A DNA stretch of 13,700 nt from a bacterium. GTDB taxonomy: Bacteria; Methylomirabilota; Methylomirabilia; CAVQYV01. Numbering within the stretch: the first letter of the stretch is position 1; the number at the start of each line of letters is the position of its first letter. Positions 1 to 7,084 of this stretch are shown here, one piece after another. The position numbers were made by a program, and so were the translations under genes. The notes below the pieces were generated by a model. It was not told where the DNA came from. It was given only the letters and a program-made list of their open reading frames with translations, and ran no database searches. Location: assembly GCA_043800755.1 (NCBI GenBank), contig JAZDMQ010000100.1, forward strand, positions 1 to 13,700. The letters run 5' to 3'.

Positions 1-572
1 TTGCCCAGGTAAAGCCAGCGGATCTTCCCCTCCTTATCCAGGAGCAAGGTGGTGGGGCGGGCGACCAGGCCAAATCGGGGATGCTCCTCCCCAATGCCCA
101 GCTTCCGGATCGCCTCGCGGGAGGAATCGCTGAGAAGGAGGAAGGGAGGATCGATGGCCTGGTCTTCTAAGCCCCCCTTCGCCTCTTTCAGATATCTCCT
201 CTCGATGTTGTGGCCGAACTCGTCCACCAGATGCGGAGCGTCCACGCTGACCCCGATGATCTGGGCCCCCTGGGCTTGGAACTCTGGTAGTCTTCTGCGT
301 AGGTCGGCAAACTGCCCCTGGCAGTAAGATCACCAATACCCGCGATAAAAGACCAGGGCGGTCTTATTCGCCTTCTGCAGCAGGGTATAAAGGTCAACCC
401 GATCTCCGCGACTGTCGAGCAGGGTGAGATCCGGGATCTTCTTGCCCTCTGAGACCTGGGGGGTCATCTTCGCCCCAGACGGGCTGGGCGGGACCTGGGA
501 ACAGGAATTCAGGGACAGCAGCAGGAGGGACAAAAGAAGGAAGGGCAGGATGTGGATACTTATCCTCGGCAT
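1..572 (-). CDS. Selenocysteine-containing peroxiredoxin-like (AhpC/TSA, redoxin) protein with N-terminal signal peptide; 3' end runs off the window (left-arm copy)
   Basis: Mirror of 13129..13700. The in-frame TGA at 332..330 lies in FYRGYW-U-SYC, and the frame stays open to base 1 with thioredoxin-fold motifs (GAQIIGVSVD, LLLSD, ARPTTLLLDKEGKIRW). Confidence 0.88.
291..329 (-). promoter_or_regulatory. Candidate bacterial SECIS hairpin immediately 3' of the UGA (left-arm copy)
   Basis: Mirror of 13372..13410. Confidence 0.65.
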
Positions 573-596
573 ATCTGTTGATCCCCCCTTCGTTCG

Positions 597-941
597 CTAC
601 GAAGCAGTCGGCTTGCGCCGGGGAGGCCTCCGTTCCGGAACCGGGGCCTTTTCTATCTTGTCTTCATTCCAGGCGGCCAAGACATAGAGCGCGCAGTAAC
701 ACCTTCCGTATTCGGCGATGTCTGGGCGGCTATAGACGCAGGGGCAGATGATATCCTTATCCTCCTCCCGCACCCCGGAAGCCAGCCGGCAGGGGCAGGA
801 GCGGTATCCGTAGCGCCTCTCGTTCTCCAGCAGCCCCTCTAAGATCCCCAGCACCAGCTCCTTGTCTTGATTGAGCTGGAGACCCTGGGACCGGGCGTAG
901 CGGTCCAAGACGGGATAGAGCTCTTCTGCGGTCATGGTCAT
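597..941 (-). CDS. Ferredoxin:thioredoxin reductase catalytic (beta) subunit-like protein (left-arm copy)
   Basis: CPC-x14-CPC-x12-CYC cysteine pattern preceded by YGYRS, typical of the FTR catalytic family. 114 aa, and its start overlaps the glutaredoxin stop codon. Confidence 0.9.
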   Translation of the reverse strand: MTMTAEELYPVLDRYARSQGLQLNQDKELVLGILEGLLENERRYGYRSCPCRLASGVREEDKDIICPCVYSRPDIAEYGRCYCALYVLAAWNEDKIEKAPVPERRPPRRKPTAS

Positions 942-1198
942 CGCCCTAACGCCTTTCTCAGCTTCTCCTCGTTAAACCCGACGATCACCTGGTCTCCGAT
1001 GAGGATGGTGGGAAAGGTCAGGCCCGGGTTATAGCGGCCCACCTCCTCCATGATGGACTCCCGGTCCTTTCCCGGCAACAGGTCCACATCCACGAAGTCG
1101 AAGGGGACCTGGCATTCTTGCAGGTAGGCCTTGGTCCTCTTGCAGTGCATACAGGTGCTCAGGGTATAGATTTTTATCTTCTGATCCGTGGGGGACAT
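938..1198 (-). CDS. Glutaredoxin / NrdH-redoxin-like protein (left-arm copy)
   Basis: 86 aa with an IKIYTLSTCMHC CxxC motif, a TFPTI cis-Pro motif and a VIVGFNEEKL C-terminus. GAGGAG RBS upstream. Confidence 0.9.
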   Translation of the reverse strand: MSPTDQKIKIYTLSTCMHCKRTKAYLQECQVPFDFVDVDLLPGKDRESIMEEVGRYNPGLTFPTILIGDQVIVGFNEEKLRKALGR

Positions 1199-1230
1199 CT
1201 GCGCTCCTCTCTCTCGCTTGCTCGCCGCTC

Positions 1231-2451
1231 TTACTTGCCTTTGCCTGCCCTCATCTCATGGTCGTCCCGGGCCATCTCCACCAGATCCTTCTTCAGCTCG
1301 GCCAGGCCGTACCAGGTCACATAATCGGGATTGTTGTGGAAGGCCCCCTGGAAGGTGCGCATGCGGTGTTCCAGGAACATCACATAGAGTTTCTGCTCGA
1401 TGGGGGTCATCGCCTCGTAGAAGGTCAGGACATCCGGATAGGGCGGCTTTCCCGCCTGGGGCAGGATGATCCCGTCCTGGTAGAGTCCGGCCACCAGGTC
1501 GATCCCCCGGACCATCAGCCGGTCCGCCTCTTTGATCATGGCATCGGCGTTTTCCAGATTCAGGCGGGCGAAGTTGCGGCTGTGGCACCGGCTGCAGGTC
1601 GAAAGCATCCGGTCCCGCTCCTTTTGCCATTCCTCAGTACTCAGGCGTGCCACCTTCCCCGCCTTCACCACCTCGAGCCGCGGAGTGGGCTCGCCCTTCG
1701 GATCAAGGACCTGCAGGGCCTTGAGGATGGTGGTGCGATATCCCATCCACTCCAGATCCGGCTCGGGCAGGCGCAGCGCCAGAAATCCCCAGGCGGTCAT
1801 CACCCGATGGTTTCCGTCCTCCATGTGGCAGGTCTGGCAGGTGGGGGCCCTTCCGCTTCCTGGGTCGGTGAAGTAGATCGCGCCGTGCTTGGACGAGGAC
1901 CACATCTCCCACTGCGGGTGATCGAACCCCATGTGGCACATGCGGCAGGCCTGAGGGCTCTGGGCCTCGGCCTGGGAGAACTTATGGCGGGTGTGGCAGG
2001 AGGTGCAGGCCATCCCGTAGCGGTAGGCCTGATCGTCCTTCACGGAACGGAGGCCGATGCGGTGACATCCCCCGCATCCCTTCATCCCCTCGATAAAGGG
2101 ATGGGGCTGAAAGCCGGTGGTGGGCATCGCCTCCATGGCCACCCAGGCCAGGGCGTGCTTGCCGTCCGAATATTGTTGGAACTGCCCCTCGTGGCAGCCC
2201 GAGCATAGCTCCGGGGTGGGCAGTTTCGCCTTTTCCGGGTCCTTCGCCGACTTGTGGGCCGAGCCATGGCAGCCGTCGCAGTCCAGGGCTGCGCTCATCT
2301 TGCTGGTCGCCCACTCCTTCACGATCCCGGCGGTGACCTTCTCATGGCAGAGGACGCAATTGGATTTCTTTTCGGCCCCCTGGGCAAGCCCCAGCCAGAG
2401 GCACCCTATCAGAGAGCAAGAGAGGAGAATCGCCCATCGCTTCGCCTTCAT
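1231..2451 (-). CDS. Periplasmic octaheme cytochrome c, hydroxylamine oxidoreductase (HAO)-like family (left-arm copy)
   Basis: Eight CxxCH motifs (CVLCH, CDGCH, CSGCH, CGGCH, CTSCH, CRMCH, CQTCH, CSRCH). HAO-family strings CHTRHKFS, CHMGFDHPQWEMWSSSKHG, APTCQTCHM and GAFHNNPDY. Sec-type signal peptide and strong GGAGG RBS. Confidence 0.88.
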   Translation of the reverse strand: MKAKRWAILLSCSLIGCLWLGLAQGAEKKSNCVLCHEKVTAGIVKEWATSKMSAALDCDGCHGSAHKSAKDPEKAKLPTPELCSGCHEGQFQQYSDGKHALAWVAMEAMPTTGFQPHPFIEGMKGCGGCHRIGLRSVKDDQAYRYGMACTSCHTRHKFSQAEAQSPQACRMCHMGFDHPQWEMWSSSKHGAIYFTDPGSGRAPTCQTCHMEDGNHRVMTAWGFLALRLPEPDLEWMGYRTTILKALQVLDPKGEPTPRLEVVKAGKVARLSTEEWQKERDRMLSTCSRCHSRNFARLNLENADAMIKEADRLMVRGIDLVAGLYQDGIILPQAGKPPYPDVLTFYEAMTPIEQKLYVMFLEHRMRTFQGAFHNNPDYVTWYGLAELKKDLVEMARDDHEMRAGKGK

Positions 2452-2534
2452 CGCCTCCTCCTTTCGCCGAATCCGAAAAAAGGATCAAGATTGAGAATCA
2501 GGTTGAGGTCGGGAACCGGCTACCCATTGCCTTC

Positions 2535-2563
2535 TATCTACGCCATTTTTGGACCGTCGTCAA
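2535..2563 (-). promoter_or_regulatory. Possible sigma70-type promoter for the HAO-like operon (left-arm copy)
   Basis: Mirror of 11138..11166 (TTGACG-N17-TAGATA); the -10 match is weak. Confidence 0.3.
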
Positions 2564-2576
2564 GCAGATTTGGGCC

Positions 2577-3101
2577 CTAATACTCGATGCCCTTCCGGGG
2601 CCCCACCCCTTTTTGAAAGGGATGTTTGACCTGCCTCATCTCGGTGACTAAATCCGCCTGCTCTAAGATCTGGGGATCGGCCTCTCTTCCAGTCAGGATG
2701 ATCTCCAGGGATCTTGGCTTCTGGCGCAAGAGATCGAGTACCTCCTCGGCCGCCAACAGGCCATAGGCAACCGCCAGGTTGATCTCATCCAGGATGAGGA
2801 GGTCAATCCCACCTCCCTGCATGGCCGAGAAGGCCCGGGCCAGCCCCTGCTGGGCGAGCCGCTTATCCTCCGCCTTCGGCTGGTTCCGATCCACCCAGCC
2901 CGACCCTCCGAAGGCCTCGATCTGGATCAAGGGATTTTCCTCCAGGGCGGCCCGTTCACCGGTCTCCCTCTCTCCCTTCAGGAATTGGATGATGAAGACC
3001 CGCAATCCCTGGCCCGAGGCCCGCAGGGCCTGGCCGAAGGCCGCAGTCGTCTTTCCCTTTCCCTCCCCGTAATAGACCTGAATCAAGCCCTGGCCTTCCA
3101 T
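2577..3101 (-). CDS. cobO: Cob(I)yrinic acid a,c-diamide / cob(I)alamin adenosyltransferase, CobO/BtuR/CobA type (left-arm copy)
   Basis: GLIQVYYGEGKGKTTAAFG P-loop variant plus the IQFLKG, LILDEI, EIILTGR, ADLVTEM and KHPF...GIEY motifs. Confidence 0.93.
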   Translation of the reverse strand: MEGQGLIQVYYGEGKGKTTAAFGQALRASGQGLRVFIIQFLKGERETGERAALEENPLIQIEAFGGSGWVDRNQPKAEDKRLAQQGLARAFSAMQGGGIDLLILDEINLAVAYGLLAAEEVLDLLRQKPRSLEIILTGREADPQILEQADLVTEMRQVKHPFQKGVGPRKGIEY

Positions 3102-3149
3102 CCTCTGCCTCCGGTTTCCCCCATTTCCCCTCTACTTCCTCGGGCCTTT

Positions 3150-3179
3150 ATGCTATAACAGGGGCGTGCCGGGCGTCAA
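3150..3179 (-). promoter_or_regulatory. Possible sigma70 promoter for cobO, overlapping a TGnTATAAC extended -10 (3151-3159, + strand) for the divergent gene (left-arm copy)
   Basis: Minus strand reads TTGACG-N18-TAGCAT; plus strand has TG-C-TATAAC at 3151-3159. Both lie in the divergent intergenic region. Confidence 0.4.
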
Positions 3180-3242
3180 ATCCTTTTCCAGGGACATCGC
3201 ATAGCAAGCAAAGGACTTCATTTGGGCAACAAGGAGGGCGAC

Positions 3243-4388
3243 ATGACCCATCGTGATCGAATCTTGGCCGCTTTACGCGGTGAGCCCCCGGATCATCTCC
3301 CCTGGGTTCCCCGGCTGCTGCTCTGGTATAATGCCCATCGGCATCAAGGCACCTTGCCCTCCAAGTACCGCGGCTTCAGCCTGAGGGAGATCGAGCGCGA
3401 CTTAGGGATGGGCACCCCGGCCCGGGAGGGCAAGATATTCGAGGAAAAGCTGAAAGGAGTGGAGATCGAGACCAGGAAGAAGGGGAACGAGACCCTCACC
3501 GAGTACCGCACCCCGGTGGGCACCCTCTCCACCCTATACCGCGAGAGTGAGCAGCTGCAGGAGCAGCAGATCCAGGGCCAGGAGATCGAGCACCTGATCA
3601 AGGGCCCGGACGATTATCCGATCATGGAGTATCTGATCGAGCGGACCGAATATGTCCCCACCTTCGAGGAGTTTTCACGCTATGACCAAGAGATCGGCGA
3701 GGACGGCCTCCCCCTGGTCCTAATCGGCGATTGCCCTATGAACCGGCTCATGCGGGAGTTGGTGGGATACAACCAGGTTTTCTTCCATCTGGCCGACCAC
3801 CCGGCCCAGGTGGAGTCTCTATTGGCGGCCATGGAGGAGAAGCAGCAGCAGATGTGGAAGATCGCCGCCCAATCCCCGGCGACCCTCTTTCTCTACGGCC
3901 TCCACTTCGATTCCCAGATGACGCCCCCTCCCCTCTTTCGCAAGTACTTCCTGCCCCACTTTCAGGCGTTCAACCGCCTGATGCACCAGCATGGCAAGTA
4001 TGTGGCCTTCCATTCCGATGCGGATACCTCCCTGCTCCTAGACCTGCTCTTAGAGGCAGAGTACGACTGTGCGGATACCTTCACCTGCGCGCCCATGGTG
4101 AAGGTTACCCTGAAGGAGGCCCGGGCGGCCTGGGGGAAGCGCATCGCGATCTGGGGAGGGATCCCTTCCATCATCCTGGGCCCTCCCTTTTCCGAGAGGG
4201 AGTTTCTGGCCTATATGGAGGACCTCTTCCGCACCATCGCCCCGGGAGAGGCCTTCATCTTAGGGGTGGGAGACAATGTCATGCCCGAGGCCCAGATCGA
4301 AAGGGTGGCCCAGGTGAGCCGGATGGTCAAGGAGCGGGGGACATATCCCCTCCAAGCCCGGCCTGGAAAGCTTCGAGGCAGCCCATAG
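3243..4388 (+). CDS. Uroporphyrinogen decarboxylase / MtaA-CmuA methyltransferase-like family protein (left-arm copy)
   Basis: N-terminus MTHRDRILAALRGEPPDHLPW and C-terminal barrel motifs (AFHSD, RIAIWGGIP, FILGVGDNV) typical of the URO-D-like family. I moved the start from TTG 3222 to ATG 3243, which follows AAGGAGG at 3231-3237. Confidence 0.8.
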   Translation: MTHRDRILAALRGEPPDHLPWVPRLLLWYNAHRHQGTLPSKYRGFSLREIERDLGMGTPAREGKIFEEKLKGVEIETRKKGNETLTEYRTPVGTLSTLYRESEQLQEQQIQGQEIEHLIKGPDDYPIMEYLIERTEYVPTFEEFSRYDQEIGEDGLPLVLIGDCPMNRLMRELVGYNQVFFHLADHPAQVESLLAAMEEKQQQMWKIAAQSPATLFLYGLHFDSQMTPPPLFRKYFLPHFQAFNRLMHQHGKYVAFHSDADTSLLLDLLLEAEYDCADTFTCAPMVKVTLKEARAAWGKRIAIWGGIPSIILGPPFSEREFLAYMEDLFRTIAPGEAFILGVGDNVMPEAQIERVAQVSRMVKERGTYPLQARPGKLRGSP

Positions 4389-4409
4389 AGGCAGACCGGC
4401 ACAGCCCGA

Positions 4410-4571
4410 TCCGGCCGCCGCCTGAGCGACCTTGTGCGCTTATGAGCGAGCAGAGCTCGGGGAAGTCAGGCCGAGCTGTCTGAGCCCTCCGATTGGCTTT
4501 GGAGGAGGGCGAGTTCTCGGCCTGCCGAGCTCGCACGAGCGAATGCACGCGGAAGCGAAGGGGCGGCCGGA
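4410..4571. repeat. Long imperfect intergenic hairpin between convergent genes (REP/MITE-like element, ncRNA or terminator) (left-arm copy)
   Basis: Four nested complementary pairs: 4410-4419/4562-4571, 4453-4460/4525-4532, 4467-4475/4516-4524 and 4484-4490/4504-4510. Confidence 0.7.
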
Positions 4572-4593
4572 ACGATGCGGCTTCGACGCCCTA

Positions 4594-5535
4594 TTAGATG
4601 TATTCCACCGTCGCTGGCGGCTTGGGGGTCAAGTCGTAGAGGACCCGGTTGACCCCGGGGATCTTCAGGATCTCCTCGGTCATCCCGTGGAGGATCGCCC
4701 AGGGAAGTTCGGTCACCGTGGCGATTCGGGCATCGGTGCTCTCGATGCAGCGGATGACGATGATCTGCCCGAATTCCCGTCTCCCCTCCCGTATCCCGGT
4801 GGCCCGATCCTGAAGCAGGACGGCAAAGTACTGGAAGGCCCGAGTCCCTTGCAGGGCATCCTCGACGATGGTCGTCGCCCTACGCACCGTCCGCAGGCGC
4901 TCCTCCGTAACCTCGCCCACGATCCGCGTGGCCAGGGCCGGTCCTGGAAAGGGGATCCGCTCGGTGATGGCGGGGGGCAATCCCAGGCGCCGGGCCACCT
5001 CCCGCACCCCATCCTTGCGCAAGGTCTTCAAGGGCTCCAGCACCTGATAGCCGTACTCCTTCTCCGGATCGATCCCCACTTGGGCCAGGATGTTGTGCTG
5101 GCGTTTGATACCCGCCACCGTCTCCTCGATGTCGGTAAGGATGGTGCCGTGCAGCAGGAATCTGGCCCCGGACTCGGCCACCAGGCGGGAAAAGACCTTG
5201 GCATAGAAGGTGTCGGTAATGGCCTGCCGCTTCTCCTCCGGATCGGTTAGGCCTCGGAGGGCCTCCAGAAACTCCTTTCGGGCGTCAATCCGTTCCACCG
5301 GTATCCCCATTTTGGCAAAATCTTTCACCACCCGCTCCGGCTCCCCCTCTCGCATCAGGGCGTTGTCAATGAAATAGGTGACCAGGCGATCCTTAAGGGC
5401 CCGGTGCCCCAGGACAGTCACTACCGAGCTGTCCACTCCCCCGGAGAGGGCATTGATAGCCTTCCCTGCCCCCACCGCTCTAACAATCTCCTGGACCTGT
5501 TCCTCGATGAAGCGATCGTAGTCGATGCTGCCCAT
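4594..5535 (-). CDS. guaA: GMP synthase ATP-pyrophosphatase (B) subunit, lacking the glutamine amidotransferase domain (left-arm copy)
   Basis: SGGVDSSV PP-loop, LTDPEEKR, LLHGTI..DIEE, IKRQHN, EPLKTLRKDGVREVARRLGLP, PFPGPALATRI and a C-terminal RVLYDLTPKPPATVEY. At 313 aa it begins directly at the ATPPase domain. Confidence 0.9.
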   Translation of the reverse strand: MGSIDYDRFIEEQVQEIVRAVGAGKAINALSGGVDSSVVTVLGHRALKDRLVTYFIDNALMREGEPERVVKDFAKMGIPVERIDARKEFLEALRGLTDPEEKRQAITDTFYAKVFSRLVAESGARFLLHGTILTDIEETVAGIKRQHNILAQVGIDPEKEYGYQVLEPLKTLRKDGVREVARRLGLPPAITERIPFPGPALATRIVGEVTEERLRTVRRATTIVEDALQGTRAFQYFAVLLQDRATGIREGRREFGQIIVIRCIESTDARIATVTELPWAILHGMTEEILKIPGVNRVLYDLTPKPPATVEYI

Positions 5536-5590
5536 AATGCCTCCTTGCTCGTTAAGGGATTCGGCTCAGCCGGGTTTTGGCCCTCTTCTC

Positions 5591-6616
5591 CTATTCAGAC
5601 CTGGCCGGCACCAAGGCCAATCCATCTGGCTTTCCACCCGAAGGGATGCGGTCCACCACCTCCAACCGATGCAGGTCGATGACCAGGACCTGATCTCCCT
5701 CCTCATCCGAGACAAAGGCCCGTTTCCCCCCGGGCTCGATGAGCAGCCCTATGGGGCGGCCTAAGGAGAAGGCCGTGGGCTTGACCCGTTTTACCTCCCT
5801 GCGGGAGGCGACCTCGAAGGCGGCGACGCTGCCTTCCTGATAACAGGAGACTAGGGCCATTTGGCCATCGGGGGTGAATCTCAGGCGGATGGGAAATCCG
5901 GGGCAGGGGAGGGTCTTGATTACCCGATCGGCCGCGACCTCGATGATGGAGAGGGTGCCCTCCTCGCGGTTGGCCACCCAGAGCTCCTTTCCATCGGGGG
6001 TCACCTCGAGCCCTTCGGGGCCCCGACCGGTGGGGATCTGCGCCAGGATTCGGCCAGCGGACAGGTCCAGGGCGGTCACTGTCCCGCTCACGATGTTGGC
6101 CGCATAGAGCTTATTCCCGTCCGGGGTGAGGGCAAGCATGTGGGTGATCTTTTGCCCGGTGGAGAGGGCTCGGCTGATCTTTCCGGTCGCCACCTCGATC
6201 TCGATGACCGCCTGATTCGCCTCGCAGGTGACATAGAGCTTTCGCCCATCCTGGCTGATGGCTAAACCATGGGGCCTCTTGTAGGGAGCCAGTTGAATCC
6301 TCTGGACTTCCTTCATGGTCTTGACATCTATGACCGAGATACTGTCTCCCGGCCCCTCGTAATTGGCAGAAAAGGCCCTTTTGCCATCAGCGGTCGCGGC
6401 CACCTCGTGGGGGCCCCGCCCGGTGGCCGCGGTGCCCTCAACCTGGACGGTTTTCAGGTTCACGAAAGAGATCGTATCCGCTGACTTGTTGGAAACAACC
6501 AGCATCGGCGGGCGAGACTTGTCTTTTGGCGTTGGGGGCTGCGAGGCACCGGATACAGGCGCGACAAGCGCGATCAAGGCAGCCAGCCCCACCACCAGGA
6601 GCATCTTGGGGTCCAT
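5591..6616 (-). CDS. Secreted YVTN/YncE-family beta-propeller protein (left-arm copy)
   Basis: Hydrophobic signal peptide, then about seven repeats of the pattern G..P.gla.tpDG..lyV.N...tisviD. AAGGAG RBS. Confidence 0.88.
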   Translation of the reverse strand: MDPKMLLVVGLAALIALVAPVSGASQPPTPKDKSRPPMLVVSNKSADTISFVNLKTVQVEGTAATGRGPHEVAATADGKRAFSANYEGPGDSISVIDVKTMKEVQRIQLAPYKRPHGLAISQDGRKLYVTCEANQAVIEIEVATGKISRALSTGQKITHMLALTPDGNKLYAANIVSGTVTALDLSAGRILAQIPTGRGPEGLEVTPDGKELWVANREEGTLSIIEVAADRVIKTLPCPGFPIRLRFTPDGQMALVSCYQEGSVAAFEVASRREVKRVKPTAFSLGRPIGLLIEPGGKRAFVSDEEGDQVLVIDLHRLEVVDRIPSGGKPDGLALVPARSE

Positions 6617-6651
6617 CTGAGTCTCCTTGATCCGGGGATTAGCGGTAACAA

Positions 6652-6680
6652 AAGATACTTGTTTTCAGACTGGGTTGCAA
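6652..6680 (-). promoter_or_regulatory. Sigma70-like promoter for the beta-propeller/GMP synthase B genes (left-arm copy)
   Basis: Mirror of 7021..7049 (TTGCAA-N17-TATCTT). Confidence 0.5.
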
Positions 6681-6840
6681 ATCAAAATTTGCAGGGCGGA
6701 CTAAAAGAACCTCTTCGCAGACGAAACCCAGGAGGGACATCCGCATCAATACCAATTAAGGAGGTTCCAAAAAGGTCAAATAAGGAGCAGCAGGCCGGAA
6801 GATAGGTCGGCAGCACGTAGCAAAACCCTCAAATGAAACA

Positions 6841-6860
6841 GGCGAAGCCATGGCTTCGCC
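6841..6860. other. Symmetry axis of the window: GGCGAAGCCA|TGGCTTCGCC
   Basis: Zero-spacer palindromic centre in non-coding DNA. Each half contains GGC-GAA-GCC (or its complement), which includes the GCGAAGC mini-hairpin sequence. Confidence 0.97.
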
Positions 6861-7007
6861 TGTTTCATTTGAGGGTTTTGCTACGTGCTGCCGACCTATC
6901 TTCCGGCCTGCTGCTCCTTATTTGACCTTTTTGGAACCTCCTTAATTGGTATTGATGCGGATGTCCCTCCTGGGTTTCGTCTGCGAAGAGGTTCTTTTAG
7001 TCCGCCC

Positions 7008-7025
7008 TGCAAATTTTGATTTGCA
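7008..7025. promoter_or_regulatory. Operator-like inverted repeat TGCAAAT-N4-ATTTGCA overlapping the -35 element (mirror copy at 6676..6693)
   Basis: Perfect 7-bp arms at 7008-7014 and 7019-7025, in AT-rich intergenic DNA. Confidence 0.4.
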
Positions 7026-7049
7026 ACCCAGTCTGAAAACAAGTATCTT
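7021..7049 (+). promoter_or_regulatory. Sigma70-like promoter for the beta-propeller/GMP synthase B genes
   Basis: TTGCAA (7021-7026), 17-bp spacer, TATCTT (7044-7049), then RBS AAGGAG at 7073-7078 and ATG at 7085. Confidence 0.5.
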
Positions 7050-7084
7050 TTGTTACCGCTAATCCCCGGATCAAGGAGACTCAG

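Noticed and set aside
330..572. 80-aa ORF (and mirror 13129..13371) as a complete small protein or a pseudogene
   Set aside because: The TGA sits at the catalytic Cys position and the downstream frame is intact with a SECIS-like hairpin, so it is better explained as the 5' part of a selenoprotein gene.
1258..2208. 316-aa ORF antisense to the cytochrome gene (mirror 11493..12443)
   Set aside because: It is a shadow ORF of a GC-rich coding strand with no recognisable motifs, lying fully opposite a well-supported gene.
3222..3242. TTG start at 3222 for the URO-D-like gene
   Set aside because: The AAGGAGG RBS lies inside this extension and points to ATG 3243, which gives the family-typical MT.RDRI N-terminus.
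3731..4483. 250-aa alternative-frame ORF (mirror 9218..9970)
   Set aside because: Its Pro/Gly/Arg-rich composition is typical of off-frame GC-rich DNA, and it overlaps the URO-D-like gene.
4389..4593. Hairpin as an integron attC site, tRNA-Sec or rho-independent terminator
   Set aside because: There are no RYYYAAC/GTTRRRY ends, no cloverleaf or UCA anticodon arm, and no poly-U tail on either strand.
4432..5250. 272-aa ORF antisense to GMP synthase B (mirror 8451..9269)
   Set aside because: It is an antisense shadow ORF that starts inside the hairpin element and shows no domain signal.
6815..6860. Resemblance of GCAAAACCC...GCGAAGCC to a c-di-GMP-I riboswitch
   Set aside because: It lacks the GAAA-tetraloop P2 stem and the pairing needed, so the similarity is superficial.
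6833..6925. Short ATG-initiated ORF (MKQAKPWLRLFHL...) crossing the symmetry axis
   Set aside because: It is only about 30 codons with no RBS at proper spacing, and most of it exists only because of the mirror junction.
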